This document shows, in pieces, positions 23,675-35,984 of a stretch of DNA of 64,000 nt (position 1 is the stretch's first letter; each line of letters opens with the position of its first letter). The stretch spans positions 806,001 through 870,000 of the forward strand of contig NC_058368.1 in the NCBI RefSeq assembly GCF_018350175.1, read 5' to 3'. The position numbers were made by a program, and so were the translations under genes. Under the pieces are notes generated by a model. It saw only the letters and a list, made by a program, of their open reading frames with translations, had not been told where the DNA came from and did not search any database. The stretch is from Felis catus. Lineage: Eukaryota.

Positions 23675-25195
23675 TTTTTTTCCCCCAAAGATTTTATTTT
23701 TGTAAGTAATCTCTACACCCAACGTGGGGTGCAAAATCATAACCCTGAGATCAACAGCCCCACACGCTTCACCAACTGATCCAGCCAGGCACCACAGGAT
23801 TTTAAATTTTTTTAAATTAAAGAATCAGAAAAAAACTATTTTAAAGTTCATATAGCAACTCAAAATTAATAAATAAAGGTATCTGGGTGGCTCACTTGGT
23901 TAAATGTCTGACTCTTGATTTCGGCTCAGGTCATGACCTCATGGTTCATGGGTTCAAGCCCTGCATCAGGCTCTGCTGATGCATCCCAGCCTGCTTGGGA
24001 TTCTCTTTCTCCCTCTATCTGCCCCTTCTCCACTCACATTTGCTCTTGCTCTCAAAATTAAAAATAAAAAACAAAAACAAAAAAACAAAATAAGGTCTTG
24101 AGTAGGTAAGAATCATCATTTATAAATATTAAATAATATTGAAATCTAGAAAATATTTACAAAATAAAGATTTTTTTTCAGCCTTATTGAGGACAACTAG
24201 ATATTTCAGGAAAATAATTTATTGATACACAGTCTTTTTCTCCAACAGTCATAACATTTACTGTAGTTATCAAAAAAAATGTAAAATTCAGCAAAGACTC
24301 ATATGAAATCTAATAAAGTACTTGATGATGACTTTTGGGTGCCTGGGTGGCTTAGTCGGTTAAGTGGCAGATTCTTGATTTCAGCTCAGGTCATGACCTC
24401 ATGGTTCCTGGATTCCAGCCCCATGATGGGCTCTGCACAGACAGCAGAGAGCCTGCTTGGGATTCTGTCTCCCTCTCTCTCTGCCCCTCCCCAGCTCACA
24501 TATGCACTCTCCCTGTCTCAAAAATTTATTTTTTTCAACGTTTATTTATTTTTGAGACAGAGAGAGACAGAGCATGAATGGAGGAGGGTCAGAGAGAGGG
24601 AGATACAGAATCTGAAACAGGCTCCAGGCTCTGAGCTGTCAGCACAGAGCCCAACACGGTGCTCGAACTCACAGACCACGAGATCATGACCTGAGCCGAA
24701 GTCGGCCGCTCAACTGACTGAGCCACCCAGGCGCCCCTCCCTGTCTCAAAATTTTTTTTAAAAAAGTGAAAAATGTGATGACTTTTATCATACGTAATTA
24801 ATGACTTCTAAGAAAAGTTACAACTCAGTTTCAAGGTCCCAGACCCATATATATTTTCAAGGCAATTGTCATGAGGTCAACAATGGCTTGTGACTGAAAG
24901 ATACCACTGAAAATTTCCAAACTTAATTTTGTCCACAAATTCCTACAAAGGCGTTTCAATCAAAACAAAGGGGGGAGGGGCAGACGGAGGGGGGTCCCTG
25001 GGCAGCTCAGTCCGTTAAGAGACCAACGTCAACTCAGGTCTTCATCTTGTGGTTTGTGGGTTCAAGCCCCACATCAGGTTCTGCCGCTGACAGGTCACAG
25101 CCTGTGGACCTGCTTCAGATCTGTCTCCCTCTCTCTCTCTGTCCCTCCTCTACTCGCACTCTCTCAAAAATAAACATTAAAATAATAAAAAAAAT
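23675..25195. mobile_element. CanSINE cluster: 23675-23790 (-), 23878-24090 (+), 24337-24523 (+), 24525-24737 (-, nested), 24987-25195 (+)
   Basis: Heads and tails read directly. The nested copy has target-site duplication TCCCTGTCTCAAAA at 24510-24523 and 24738-24751. Confidence 0.9.
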
Positions 25196-25394
25196 TTAAA
25201 AAGCATTATCCTCTTGTGATGACCTGAGATTTCTCAAGCACCTCTCCCCTAAAAAAGCCAAAGAAAACATATCCTTGATCATTGCATAATCAAGGTTAAG
25301 TTTTTTATGTTTGTTTTTTTTTTTTTTTAAGTAATCTCTACACCCAACCTGGGGCTTGATCTCAAAACTCCTGAGATCAAGAGTTGTATGCTCC

Positions 25395-25690
25395 ACAGAG
25401 AAAGACAGATACCATATGGTTCCACTCTTATGTGGATCCTGAGAAACTTAACAGAAACCCATGGGGGAGGGGAAGGGAAAAAAAAAAAAAAAAAAAAGAG
25501 GTTAGAGTGGAAGAGAGCCAAAGCATAAGAGACTCTTAAAAACTGAGAACAATCTATGGGTTGATGGGGGGTGGGAGGGAGGGGAGGGTGGGTGATGGGT
25601 ATTGAGGAGGGCACCTTTTGGGATGAGCACTGGGTGTTGTATGGAAACCAATTTGACAATAAACTTCATATATTGAAAAAAAAAAAAAAA
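25395..25690 (+). mobile_element. 5'-truncated felid L1 3' end inserted in a minus-strand short CanSINE (25315-25728)
   Basis: ACAGAGAAAGACAGATACCATATG ... GAAACCAATTTGACAATAAA plus poly(A); SINE sequence resumes after the tail. Confidence 0.9.
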
Positions 25691-26015
25691 GTCATATGCT
25701 CTATAGACTGAGCCAGCCAGGCAAACCCAGGGTTAAGTTTTTAAAAACAAGTGGGAGTACAGTAATAAATTGCATTTTTAGTTCAAGATAGTTATGAACT
25801 TACCCGTATGGTTTCTTAGTTCTTTAAAAGTTGCATATTTCACATACATTACTGCACAAAGAACCTCAGTTTATTTAATGTATGAACCACATTCATTTAT
25901 AACGAAATGGCACTGGAAATGAATTACCAAATGATATTCAACAGTTTTTATTTTTCACCATATACTTACATCCACATAAAACAACAATGTTACCTGCTTT
26001 GAAGATAACATGTGA

Positions 26016-26420
26016 GGGACACCTGGGTAGCTCAATTGGTTAAGAACCCAACTTCAGGTCACTATCTTGCAGTTCCAAAGGTCAAGCCCCACATCAGGCT
26101 CTGCGCTGACAGCACACGGCCTGCTTGGATGGTTCCGTCTCCCTATCTCTCTGCCCCTCCCCAACTCATGTATGCACATGCACGCTCTCTCAAAAATAAA
26201 ATGGTATTGGGGCACCTGGGTGGCTCAGTCGGTGAAGCGTCCGACTTTAGCTCAGGTCATGTTCTCACGGTTTGTGGGTTCAAGCCCCGTGTTGGGCTCT
26301 GTGCTGACAGCTGGGAGCCTGGAGCCCGTTTCAGATTCTGTGTCTCCCTCTCTCTCTGCCCCTCCCCTGCTCCTGCTCTGTCTCTCAAAAATGAATAAAA
26401 ATACGTTAAAAAAAACTTTT
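26016..26420 (+). mobile_element. Two CanSINEs (second inserted just past the tail of the first)
   Basis: Heads at 26016 and 26209. Confidence 0.9.
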
Positions 26421-26885
26421 TAGTAAAAAAAAAAAAAGTGGTATGTTCATATGCAGTGAATGATATCACAATGTTATACTGGAGAGAAACTACTTAAACA
26501 TCAAGTAAGTGTAATCTGCACTGTAATGTTTTATCTATTTAAATTTATTTAAATATAGGGTAGAGAACGGGTGCTAAACTAAACCAGTGGTGCCCCAAGA
26601 TGAGGAACATCAGTCAGGTTTCTACTTCCATGTTAGTGCTCCAGCCAGCAACTCCTCCTCGTGGGAACACGATGCTGGATTAGAAGGGTACCGTCAAAAC
26701 CGCGTTTATACGAAAATACATTAAGGTGGTCAAATGTCTTAATACCTTGTCTTGGACACAAGATAACCAACACATGTTCTAAAAAAGAGACTGTAAAGTC
26801 TAAAAACAGATGAGAGATATAAAAACAATTGGGGGGGGGTCACATTTTAAAAATGCACAAAATTTCCTGTTTGATTACCACTAGG

Positions 26886-27105
26886 TTTTTTTTTTTTTCA
26901 ACGTTTTTTAATTTATTTTTGGGACAGAGAGAGACAGAGCATGAACGGGGGAGGAGCAGAAAGAGAGGGAGACACAGAATCGGAAACAGGCTCCAGGCTC
27001 CGAGCCATCAGCCCAGAGCCCGACGCGGGGCTCGAACTCACGGACCGCGAGATCGTGACCTGGCTGAAGTCGGACGCTTAACCGACTGCGCCACCCAGGC
27101 GCCCC
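26886..27105 (-). mobile_element. Young felid SINEC_Fc-type element
   Basis: CpG-rich and near consensus; perfect target-site duplication TGATTACCACTAGG at 26872-26885 and 27106-27119. Confidence 0.95.
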
Positions 27106-27444
27106 TGATTACCACTAGGTTTGAGAAATTGGGCTGTAGAAACACAACAGAAAACACAAAAAGCATAAAAAAACATAATAGTCATAAATCTCACTTCTCA
27201 TACTTTTTGTGTCTCTGCATCATTTGTAAATGCAACATACTCCCTCCCATCAATCAGCAAAAGCTCCAGATGCACACTGTCTTTCATCAGAGCCCACAAG
27301 GACATCCTGCCTCCCCTTGGCAAGGAGAAACAGGATCCAAATGGTGTGCAAACCTCAGAACTCCCTGCAGTCCCTTTTTAAGACCATCTATGCTATGTTA
27401 TTTCCCATTTTCAGTCACCATCAGGGCTTATTAAAACATTCCCA

Positions 27445-27600
27445 GGGGTGCCTGGATGGCTCAGTTTGTTAAGTGTCAGATTTGGGCTCAAGTCATCTCA
27501 TGGTTGAGGAGTTTGAGTCCTCCATGGCTTTGTGCTGGTGGTGGGATCCTGTTGGACATTGATTCTCTTTCTGTTCCTCCCACTTGCACACACTCTCTCT
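27445..27600 (+). mobile_element. CanSINE (diverged)
   Basis: GGGGTGCCTGGATGGCTCAG head. Confidence 0.8.
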
Positions 27601-27611
27601 ATAAACTGTAA

Positions 27612-27679
27612 GAAGTGGAAAAAAAATATTCCCAGTAATTTTGCATGAAGTGGAAAAAAAATATTCCCAGTAATTTTGC
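27612..27679. repeat. Perfect tandem duplication, period 35 (GAAGTGGAAAAAAAATATTCCCAGTAATTTTGC x2)
   Basis: Copies start at 27612 and 27647. Confidence 0.95.
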
Positions 27680-28189
27680 TTTCATTACACTCAATTTTGA
27701 GACAAACGCTGTGTGGTATAAAATCTCATTTGGGTTCTGCCAATACCTTCCAGTATGATCTTGGAAATATTGCCGGTTCACTGATTCAACAAATTGCAAT
27801 AAGCACCTACATATGAGAGTGCTTCTGCCTCAGGGAATTCACAATAGGTCCCCCTCAGGATCTTGGAGGGTCCAAGAATTGTCTATTAGATTAGAACCAT
27901 TTACTTCTAACAAACAATGAGAATTTAACTGAAAATAGCCATGTACTAATAACCACCAGTACTCAGAACATGGAAGAACAGGCAGGCTTTTAAGCTGATT
28001 TCCCAGTAAAAAGTCTGGAATGGGAAGGTACACAATATGGGGGGCACATTCCTACTGAGAAAAAAATAGAAAGTTGAAATAAATCTGGAGTTTTGCCCAT
28101 TCTAAACTGCGTGTGTGATCATCTACTTATACACAAATGACTAAGAAATAAACTCCAAATGATAACAAGGTTAAAAATCAGACAAGTTT

Positions 28190-28848
28190 TGGGGCACCTG
28201 GGTGGCTCAGTTGGTTCAGCGTCCAACTTCACCTCAGGTCATGATCTTGCGATCCGTCAATTTGAGCCCTGCGTCGGGCTCTGTGCTGACACCTCAGAGC
28301 CCGGAGCCTGCTTTAGATTCTGTCTCCCTCTCTCTCTCTCCCTCTCTCTGCTCCTCCCCCACTCTCTCTCAAAAATAAAATAAACAGGGGCGCCTGGGTG
28401 GCGCAGTCGGTTAAGCGTCCGACTTCAGCCAGGTCACGATCTCGCGGTCCGGGAGTTCGAGCCCCGCGTCGGGCTCTGGGCTGACGGCTCAGAGCCTGGA
28501 GCCTGTTTCCGATTCTGTGTCTCCCTCTCTCTCTGCCCCTCCCCCGTTCATGCTCTGTCTCTCTCTGTCCCAAAAATAAATAAAAACGTTGAAAAAAATT
28601 TAAAAAAAAATAATAATAAACATTAAATTTTTTTTTAATTTTTTTTTTAACGTTTATTTTTGAGACAGAGAGATACAGAGCATGAACGGGGGGAAGGTCA
28701 GAGAGAAAGGGAGACACAGAATCTGAAACAGGCTCCAGGCTCTGAGCTGTCACCACAGAGCCAGACATGGGGCTTGAACTCATGGACTGTGAGAACATCA
28801 CCTGAGCCGAAGTAAGACACTTAACCGACTGAGCCACCCAGGAGCCCC
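28190..28848. mobile_element. Nested CanSINE trio: 28190-28384 (+), young 28387-28620 (+), 28630-28848 (-)
   Basis: Heads and tails read directly; the whole block is flanked by ATCAGACAAGTTT direct repeats. Confidence 0.92.
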
Positions 28849-29069
28849 TAAATTTTTTTTTACATCAGACAAGTTTCTCATTTCCCAAGAGCCATTTTCT
28901 TCCTTCATTTCAGTGGGTTCTATAGGCAACCTCCCTTTGTGTCTCAGAGGGCGTTTTCGCCAAGCTTTGATCAACATATACCTTATGACCACTAATGCTA
29001 CATCCATTTATTCTCTCTCTCTCCGTTTGCTCTCCCTCCTCTTCCTTATCTCTATATAATAATAATCTT

Positions 29070-29560
29070 TGGGGCACCTGGGTGGCTTGGTCAGTCAGGT
29101 GTTCAACTCTTTGATTTCAGCTCAGAACACGTTCTCACAGTTCATAGGTTCAACCCCTTCATCTGGCTCCACGCTGACAGTGCAGAGCCTGCTTGGGATT
29201 CTCTCTCCCTCTCTCTCTCTGCCCCCCGTCCTGGCTATCTCTCTCTCAAAATAAACTTAAAAAAAAAAAATCTTCGTAGACCAAGCCATTACTTTTCACC
29301 TCTCCTTACTGGTTTAATTCACTTGCCTGCTTTCATTCTGGCTCTCCTTCAGTTAAGTCTTCATGAGTAGCAAAATTCTTTTCTAAAACATAAACTAGAT
29401 CATGTCACTGCCTGATCCAAGCCTTCATAATTATCTCGTCAAGAAAAAAAACCCCAAGGGGCACTTGGTTAGTTCAGTCAGCGGAGCACGCAACTCTTGA
29501 TCTCAGGAATTTGAGTTTAAGCCCCATGGCGAGTGTAGAGATTACTTAAAAATAAAATCT
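29070..29560 (+). mobile_element. Two CanSINEs (29070-29270, 29458-29560) embedded in L2 remnants
   Basis: SINE heads; L2 motif TTTCTAAAACATAAACTAGATCATGTCACT lies between them. Confidence 0.85.
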
Positions 29561-29564
29561 TTAT

Positions 29565-29748
29565 GAAGGAAAAGAAGAGGAGAGAGAAGAGAAGAGAAGA
29601 GAAGAGAAGAGAAGAGAAGAGAAGAGAAGAGAAGAGAAGAAAAGAAAAGAAAAGAAAAGAAAAGAAAAGAAAAGAAAAGAAAAGAAAAGAAAAGAAAAGA
29701 AAAGAAAAGAAAAGAAAAGAAAAGAAAAGAAAAGAAAAAAAGAAAAGA
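29565..29748. repeat. Compound purine pentanucleotide microsatellite (GAGAA)n(AAAGA)n
   Basis: About 180 bp of A/G only on +, growing out of a SINE tail. Confidence 0.97.
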
Positions 29749-29784
29749 CCTCAACTATTTACTATGGCATACCCTGGTCTACAT

Positions 29785-29990
29785 CTTGCATACTCAGTGG
29801 GGCAGTATTATTCCCAGAGGGAGAAAATCAGTTGAAGGTGGGAGTAGGGGAAGGCAAAAATCCCTTTTCATGTATAAAAGCATGGGCATAACATATATTT
29901 ACAGGACATGAACAGCTATGTTAAAATTTCATGGGGGGGGGGGGGCAGCCGGGGGGAGGGGGGGAGAAAAAAGGGTTAAGAATCACCTTT
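29785..29990 (+). mobile_element. hAT-Charlie (Charlie4z/MER113-like) remnant with G-runs
   Basis: TTAAAATTTCATGGGGGG ... GAAAAAAGGGTTAAGAATCAC resembles the recalled terminus. Confidence 0.5.
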
Positions 29991-30506
29991 GTCTTGTTCA
30001 CTTAATTCGAGCCACATTCTCCTCCTCCTTGCCATAAATGATAATCCTCTCCGCTTGAACTGGATTCACCTTCAACACCTCCAACTTTGCACGTCCCCTC
30101 TTCTGATCATTCAGGTATCAGCTATCTCCTTAGAGAATCCTCCTCTGACCATCTAAAATGGACAGGTCAGTTTCCCCAGACCAGCTGTATCCCCAGTGTT
30201 TATTAGGAGTCAGTCAGAAACTCTCTAGTATTGCCATAGTATGTGCTCAATGTATTTAGGAAATCTAATAACTACATGATATGGTGAAACAAAACAATGT
30301 TTATTTTCTAGTCATACCTTGGAGATAGAATACTTCAAATTTATGATGGATATTGAAGAATAAAGTGGAATAAATGATCTCTGACCAAGATTAGTTTTGG
30401 AAATAGCAAATTGCTCATTCAAGTCCTTGGGTAAACAATATATATACATAATTGTTTATAGTTACTATCTGAACATAGTAATTTTTTTAATTAAAAAAAT
30501 TACTTT

Positions 30507-30605
30507 GGGCTCTGAGCTGGCTCAGTTGGTTAGAGCATGCAACTCTTGATCTTGGGATGGTGAGTTCAAGCCCATGTTTGGCTACAGAACTTACTTTAAA
30601 AAAGT
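30507..30605 (+). mobile_element. Short CanSINE
   Basis: GCTGGCTCAGTTGGTTAGAGCATGCAACTCTTGATC. Confidence 0.85.
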
Positions 30606-32529
30606 AAATAAAGCACACAAAACAACCATTTCATTCTGCTATGAAGTCTTCAAACTTATATAATTCACTGAATAACAAACCACAATTCTTTAGAAATGTA
30701 CACAAATGTCTTTTTATTAATTCCAAGCAGAGCTAATCTAAAATACAGCTTACAGCCTCCATCCTTTTTGGTTTGTAAATGAAATACCTACTTCCCTCCA
30801 GTATTTCCAAATTAATGTAAGATTCGAAATTCAAAGTAAAATCATAGTATGAACACCACAGATGGGAATTCTTCTAGAAGAGTTTATGGTTCTTCCTATA
30901 ACTGATTATTTAAGAAATGAAATTCAAGTTAGCTATCTGGGCACAGTAATGCCCATTTCCCCATCACTGGAGAACTGTAGAAATGTTTTAAAGACTTCAA
31001 TTTGAATTGGAGTCAAATGCCCTACTTTTCTCTATCACAATAAAATAACCCATTATTAAATTGTGTCAACACCTCTCATAAGGCAAACTGTTGATGTTCA
31101 CCAAATCCTCTAAAAATCTTACATATTGATAACTCTCTCGAAGATATTAATAGTTCATTTAATTAAACAGGCATCTACTTAATGTAATCTAATTTTTAAA
31201 GCACAAGACTTTAGGTCTCTAATTCCTGGAATTCTTATAAGCCAACTTTAGACTTTAAAGCTCTTCCAATTTCAATTACATAATTTCTATTCCAAAACGT
31301 CCACTATTACTTACAATAATCCCATCAGGTTTTATTAACATGTGATCTTTACTGACTTTATGCATTTGGTTGGGGGCTGCAGGGAATAAAGCTAAGTTCT
31401 GTCTATAGTGAGGTAGGCAACATCTAAAAAAAACTCTATAAAAACATACATACATCACGACCGATTTAACTGGTAGAAATTTTATCCTATATATACATTC
31501 ACACGCATGCTTCGTAACATATATCCTAAGACATATGTTAGGGCACATAAGGGAGAGGAGAAGGAAACATCCCTGGCCAAGAAAGATCTGGTATACACCT
31601 GACAATGACCTACCAACAGGTATAGGAACAAGGGATCTTTCTCTGTCACGTATGCATTTGGAACAATCTCCAAAACAGAATATTGTGAGGAAATAAGTAA
31701 ATGGCAAATGTGTACAGTGTGCTTGCCTATGTACTAAGAATGTACACAAATATGCCTGAGTGCACAGAAACTTCTAGAAGGATACACAAGAAATTTATAA
31801 CAATGATTATGCCTGGACAGAGAAGTCAGGTGACTTATAAACACAGCATAGAAAAATTTACTTTTACTACAGACCAGTTTATACCTCCTCGTTTGTACAA
31901 TAGATGAATATTATTCAAATAATTCAAAAATACATTAACTAGCTTACATATCAATAGTATTTGAAGGTAAGTTCATATATATTGGCTGTTAATGCTTTCT
32001 AAAGTACAATAGTATGACAAGGATTATTTCCAGATCTCAAGTATTTAGATGATGGCTATAATATAGGGCTTACTTAAGTTAACTTTCAACTTTGAGGAGT
32101 AAGACAATAGGCGTTAATCCACCTCTAGTTTCCACATTTCCTTGTGCTGACCACTAACCAAATATGAAAAAATTAGGTAAATGTCCATTTCTGTAACAGA
32201 CTGTTTTTGTAACTAATGAACACACCACAGTATTTATGGATTAAATGTAATCCAGTATGAGACTCCGTTCACCAAGCCCTTCCAAGTCTACCTAAGCAGC
32301 TCCATCTACATAGATGGTTAGAAGGTATCGCAGCCCCCAACCTATATAGATTTTGTACTGGTGAACTATTTGTCTCATACTTTATCAACTATTAACTTTT
32401 TTTGGTGACAACCAAAACTCATGAGCCAAGACCTTTTCCTAAGCATAATTTTTCATGCTGAAACCCTTACAAGGTGTCACAAGTACCTGAAGCCTTCCAT
32501 CCTGACCTTGCTGCCCTATTCTTGGAAGT

Positions 32530-33230
32530 TGGCAGCACCAAAACTACCCACCATTTGGTTAAAATCAGTCATCCTTGCGTTCCTTCACATAACTGGCCCC
32601 CGTATCCACTTAATCACCAAGCCCTGACGGTTTCATAATTAATTGAAGTCCTGACTTCTACTCTTCCTCTCCAATCCAAATACCATATAAAAACTCGTTT
32701 CCCTGCCTGCAGTCTAAGTTACTACAAATACACCCTTCCTACAATGTAGTTAACTTTTTGGACAGTATTAATCGTACCACCATCATTCTCTGACCAAAAA
32801 ACTCCCAATATCTGATTAGTTTTCTGCTCTCATTTTGGACTACCAGCTTCACGCACAGTTATCAGCTCCCAGTCTTTGTTCATAATGGGCCTTCTCTGAT
32901 AGCACCTGCTCCCAAAGACATGATGTAACTCATCTTGAAGATGATACTCAGGAGCTTTTACCTCCTCAAATCCTTGGACACACACATTAAGAATTCTCCC
33001 CCTTTTGTTGTGAACGGTCCTTTAAATCTCACACTCCTAAGCAACAACATTCTCTCATCCTATGCAAATCTTTCCCAGTTAGTTTTTATCTTCTACTCAT
33101 TTCTCTTCTCCAAACTCTCTGTAACACTTCATTTTGGACAACAGGTCTCGAGTGTAGTATGTGAAGTCACCCAAATATACCCAGTACCACCACGGAGCTC
33201 AACACACAGCAAGCTATTTTTTTTAAATGG
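32530..33230 (+). mobile_element. Degraded L2 fragment
   Basis: Pyrimidine-rich; ends CCCAGTACCACCACGGAGCTCAACACACAGCAAG, like the L2 3' region. Confidence 0.45.
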
Positions 33231-35984
33231 GTAATGAGATACAAGATAACCTACTGCATGTGATGCTCTAGGTCAATCACAACAAAATGCATTCTTTACT
33301 CATAACAAGAGACCAAGACTTATTTTATACTCATGTGTGCTTTCTTGAATTTTTGTTTACTTTGGCCTGCCACCAACATCATGCAAATATAAGTCCCAAA
33401 GATGCTACCCCCTACTGATGTTTACCATCGTTTTGTTTTCCCTTAGGACTTTTCTTCAGTGTATTGTAATTCTCGTGCTGTATTCCAACCTCTGCCACTA
33501 CTAGAGTTTGGAACTGGTCAACAAGAGGAGCACCTGCACCTACCCAGTCTTAAACAAAGGTCCCCCACAGTAAGGTTCTTAGTCTAAAATGTAGCAAATA
33601 CTTAACAAATGGGGCTACCTACTGCAGAATCAGTCATCCATGATCTGTGACTTCTGTATACTAACCTAGGCTCTTTCCAAATGTAACAATGACAGTAATC
33701 CTTTACAATGCACGCATGGGTCCTATCCACTTAAAATCATTCATTTTACTGACGAAATACGTTAGCATATATCCAAGTATGACAGCAACAACACATGTAC
33801 CTTAAATTAGCATTTTAATACCTGTTATTTTTAACGATGTGATAAAATTCTAAAAAACTCATGGTAGTACTAGTACCTATGCTATTGTGTGTGCATGTGC
33901 AAGCGCTATCTAAAAGAAAATAACTAGCAAGGAACAAATAGAGAAAGAATAGTTACTGCCAAATTCTCAAGTGTTCGTTTAATGGTGATCCAGCCAAGAG
34001 CACATACAATCCACTGAAGTTCTAACGGGTACAGTTTTGCTACAGCTGTTCACAACAGCAATAGCTCAGTTTGGAGCAGAAAAAAAGCAGGACTGTAGAG
34101 GGAAGGCTGGGATGAGGAGGAGAGCTAAATAAAGGCAGGATGATGGACATGGGAAATTAATGAAACGGTAAAGATACTGAATGCTGAGGAAAAAATGTCT
34201 GAAAAAGTTATACAAATTAGTTCAAACAGCTAACTAATGGTCTTAAAAACCCATTCTCTTTTCACACTATTGAGTGTAAGGATAGAAAACTTAACTATGG
34301 CTCAAGTAAATATTAAAATATACTTCTATTTCACACAGAACATATTAGCTATATAGAAAAAAAACCACATTACAACTCTGGCTACCTCAAGTTGACTCAA
34401 CTTATTTGTCCTCCTTGTAGATATTAGATAATATGTACCACTGTAACATATTGATTTAAAGTCGTACCATAATGCAAACTGGAAAATTTTTAAATCATTC
34501 CCAAATACAGCACTTAGACATTTATTTCCCAACTTTTCATCAGTTCTGAGGTCAAAAAGAAATGGCAAAACAGGAAATTATTTTCTTCAGGTTCCCAGAC
34601 TCAGTGGCATTCCCATTCTTCTTAACTTATACTAATTTGCATTTACTATAAAATATATGAAAGATAAAAACCCAAATGCAGGAACTCAGTAATGTCTACT
34701 ATGTAACTAAGAAAAATGTTAATTTATCTCCTTAGAAATAGTTCAAATCGTTGTAAAGGCGACTCAGAAAAGCAAGCAATGCCTCTTTTATAAATAATTT
34801 AAAAAATCCATACAATCCATCCAATTGAACAGTAATGGGGTGTTAAACTCCAAGAACATGATAAAGGAAGCAAGCACATAAAACAGGATGAGGTAGAAGG
34901 GAATTGGTAGCCTATAACAAACCCTTTAGAGAACTGGAAACATTACCATTCTTAAACAGGAACTATTAATAAAAGACCAAGTGAGAAAGTTTCTTCAAAC
35001 TGTGTATCACATGCCTTTTCTCTCCCAATACTTGTACAAAAGCTTTTCACGCTCTTTTGATGCAATACCCAGGTTATGTATCAAAGCCCCCAAGAGTCCT
35101 AGATGTTCCTCTCGTAACATCCAAGTTTTTTACTGAAAGATTTCTCCTGGAAATCTTAACCACTGTCATTTTAAAGTCAATTACTAGAAAATACCACAAC
35201 AAGACCTTCAGTGTCTGTAGAAGTGTATCTGATGATTACATATACGAAGTGTATGTGGAAAATCACAACAACAGTAAGTTCAAGTTGCTGCACTTTAATA
35301 GGAGCCCCTTCTACGTCCTGACGAGCTGCTCTTCACAGCCAACCTGTCCCCCTTTTGCTGCTTCTAATCTTCTCAACATATACTAAATGTAAGAAAAGAT
35401 GCACGACAAATATGTAAATTCTTAAAACCAGTCACCTTCATTTTACATTCAATTAGGAAGAAAATGTTCTTTTTCTGGAGAGAAATATCAATATTTGGAC
35501 ATTTCAGGAAAGCTTTTATATTCACTTCCAGTTCCTCTGGTCTCCTTAATGCTTAGGATTTCACCACCCACAAAACACCATGTATTTGGTGTACCCGATA
35601 TACAAAACTGTGGCATTTTTTAACTGAAAAAATTTTATGAACCCTTGTTTCAATTTTTAAAAAATTTAAAATTTGCCTTCTTGCAAGTTTGCCTCATCCA
35701 CTCACCAGCTTCAGAGTAAGATGTCACTTCCATCCATCCATTTCAAATTACTCTCTTCACATTTCCTGTCTCCCTCCCTCACTTGGCTCTTAGTACTTTT
35801 TTTTTTTAGATATATTTTTATTTAGACATTTTTATTTAGGAAATATGTACATATTTTCCTAAATTCTATTAAAAACTGGGCAATTCACTCACATTCTCTA
35901 GTGGCTCTTCTTGCTCTGACCCTCAATACAATGATGGAATTGTCTAAGAATTTATCATTTCTTCTGATGATTTCTCTTGCCACC

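Noticed and set aside
26829..27434. 201-aa ORF, and similar ORFs at 1316, 24303, 26012, 28313, 55598 and 56824
   Set aside because: The frames run through CanSINE sequence and the same pseudo-peptides recur at every copy.
29542..29835. EKRR/FSFL low-complexity ORFs
   Set aside because: Translations of the pentanucleotide microsatellite.
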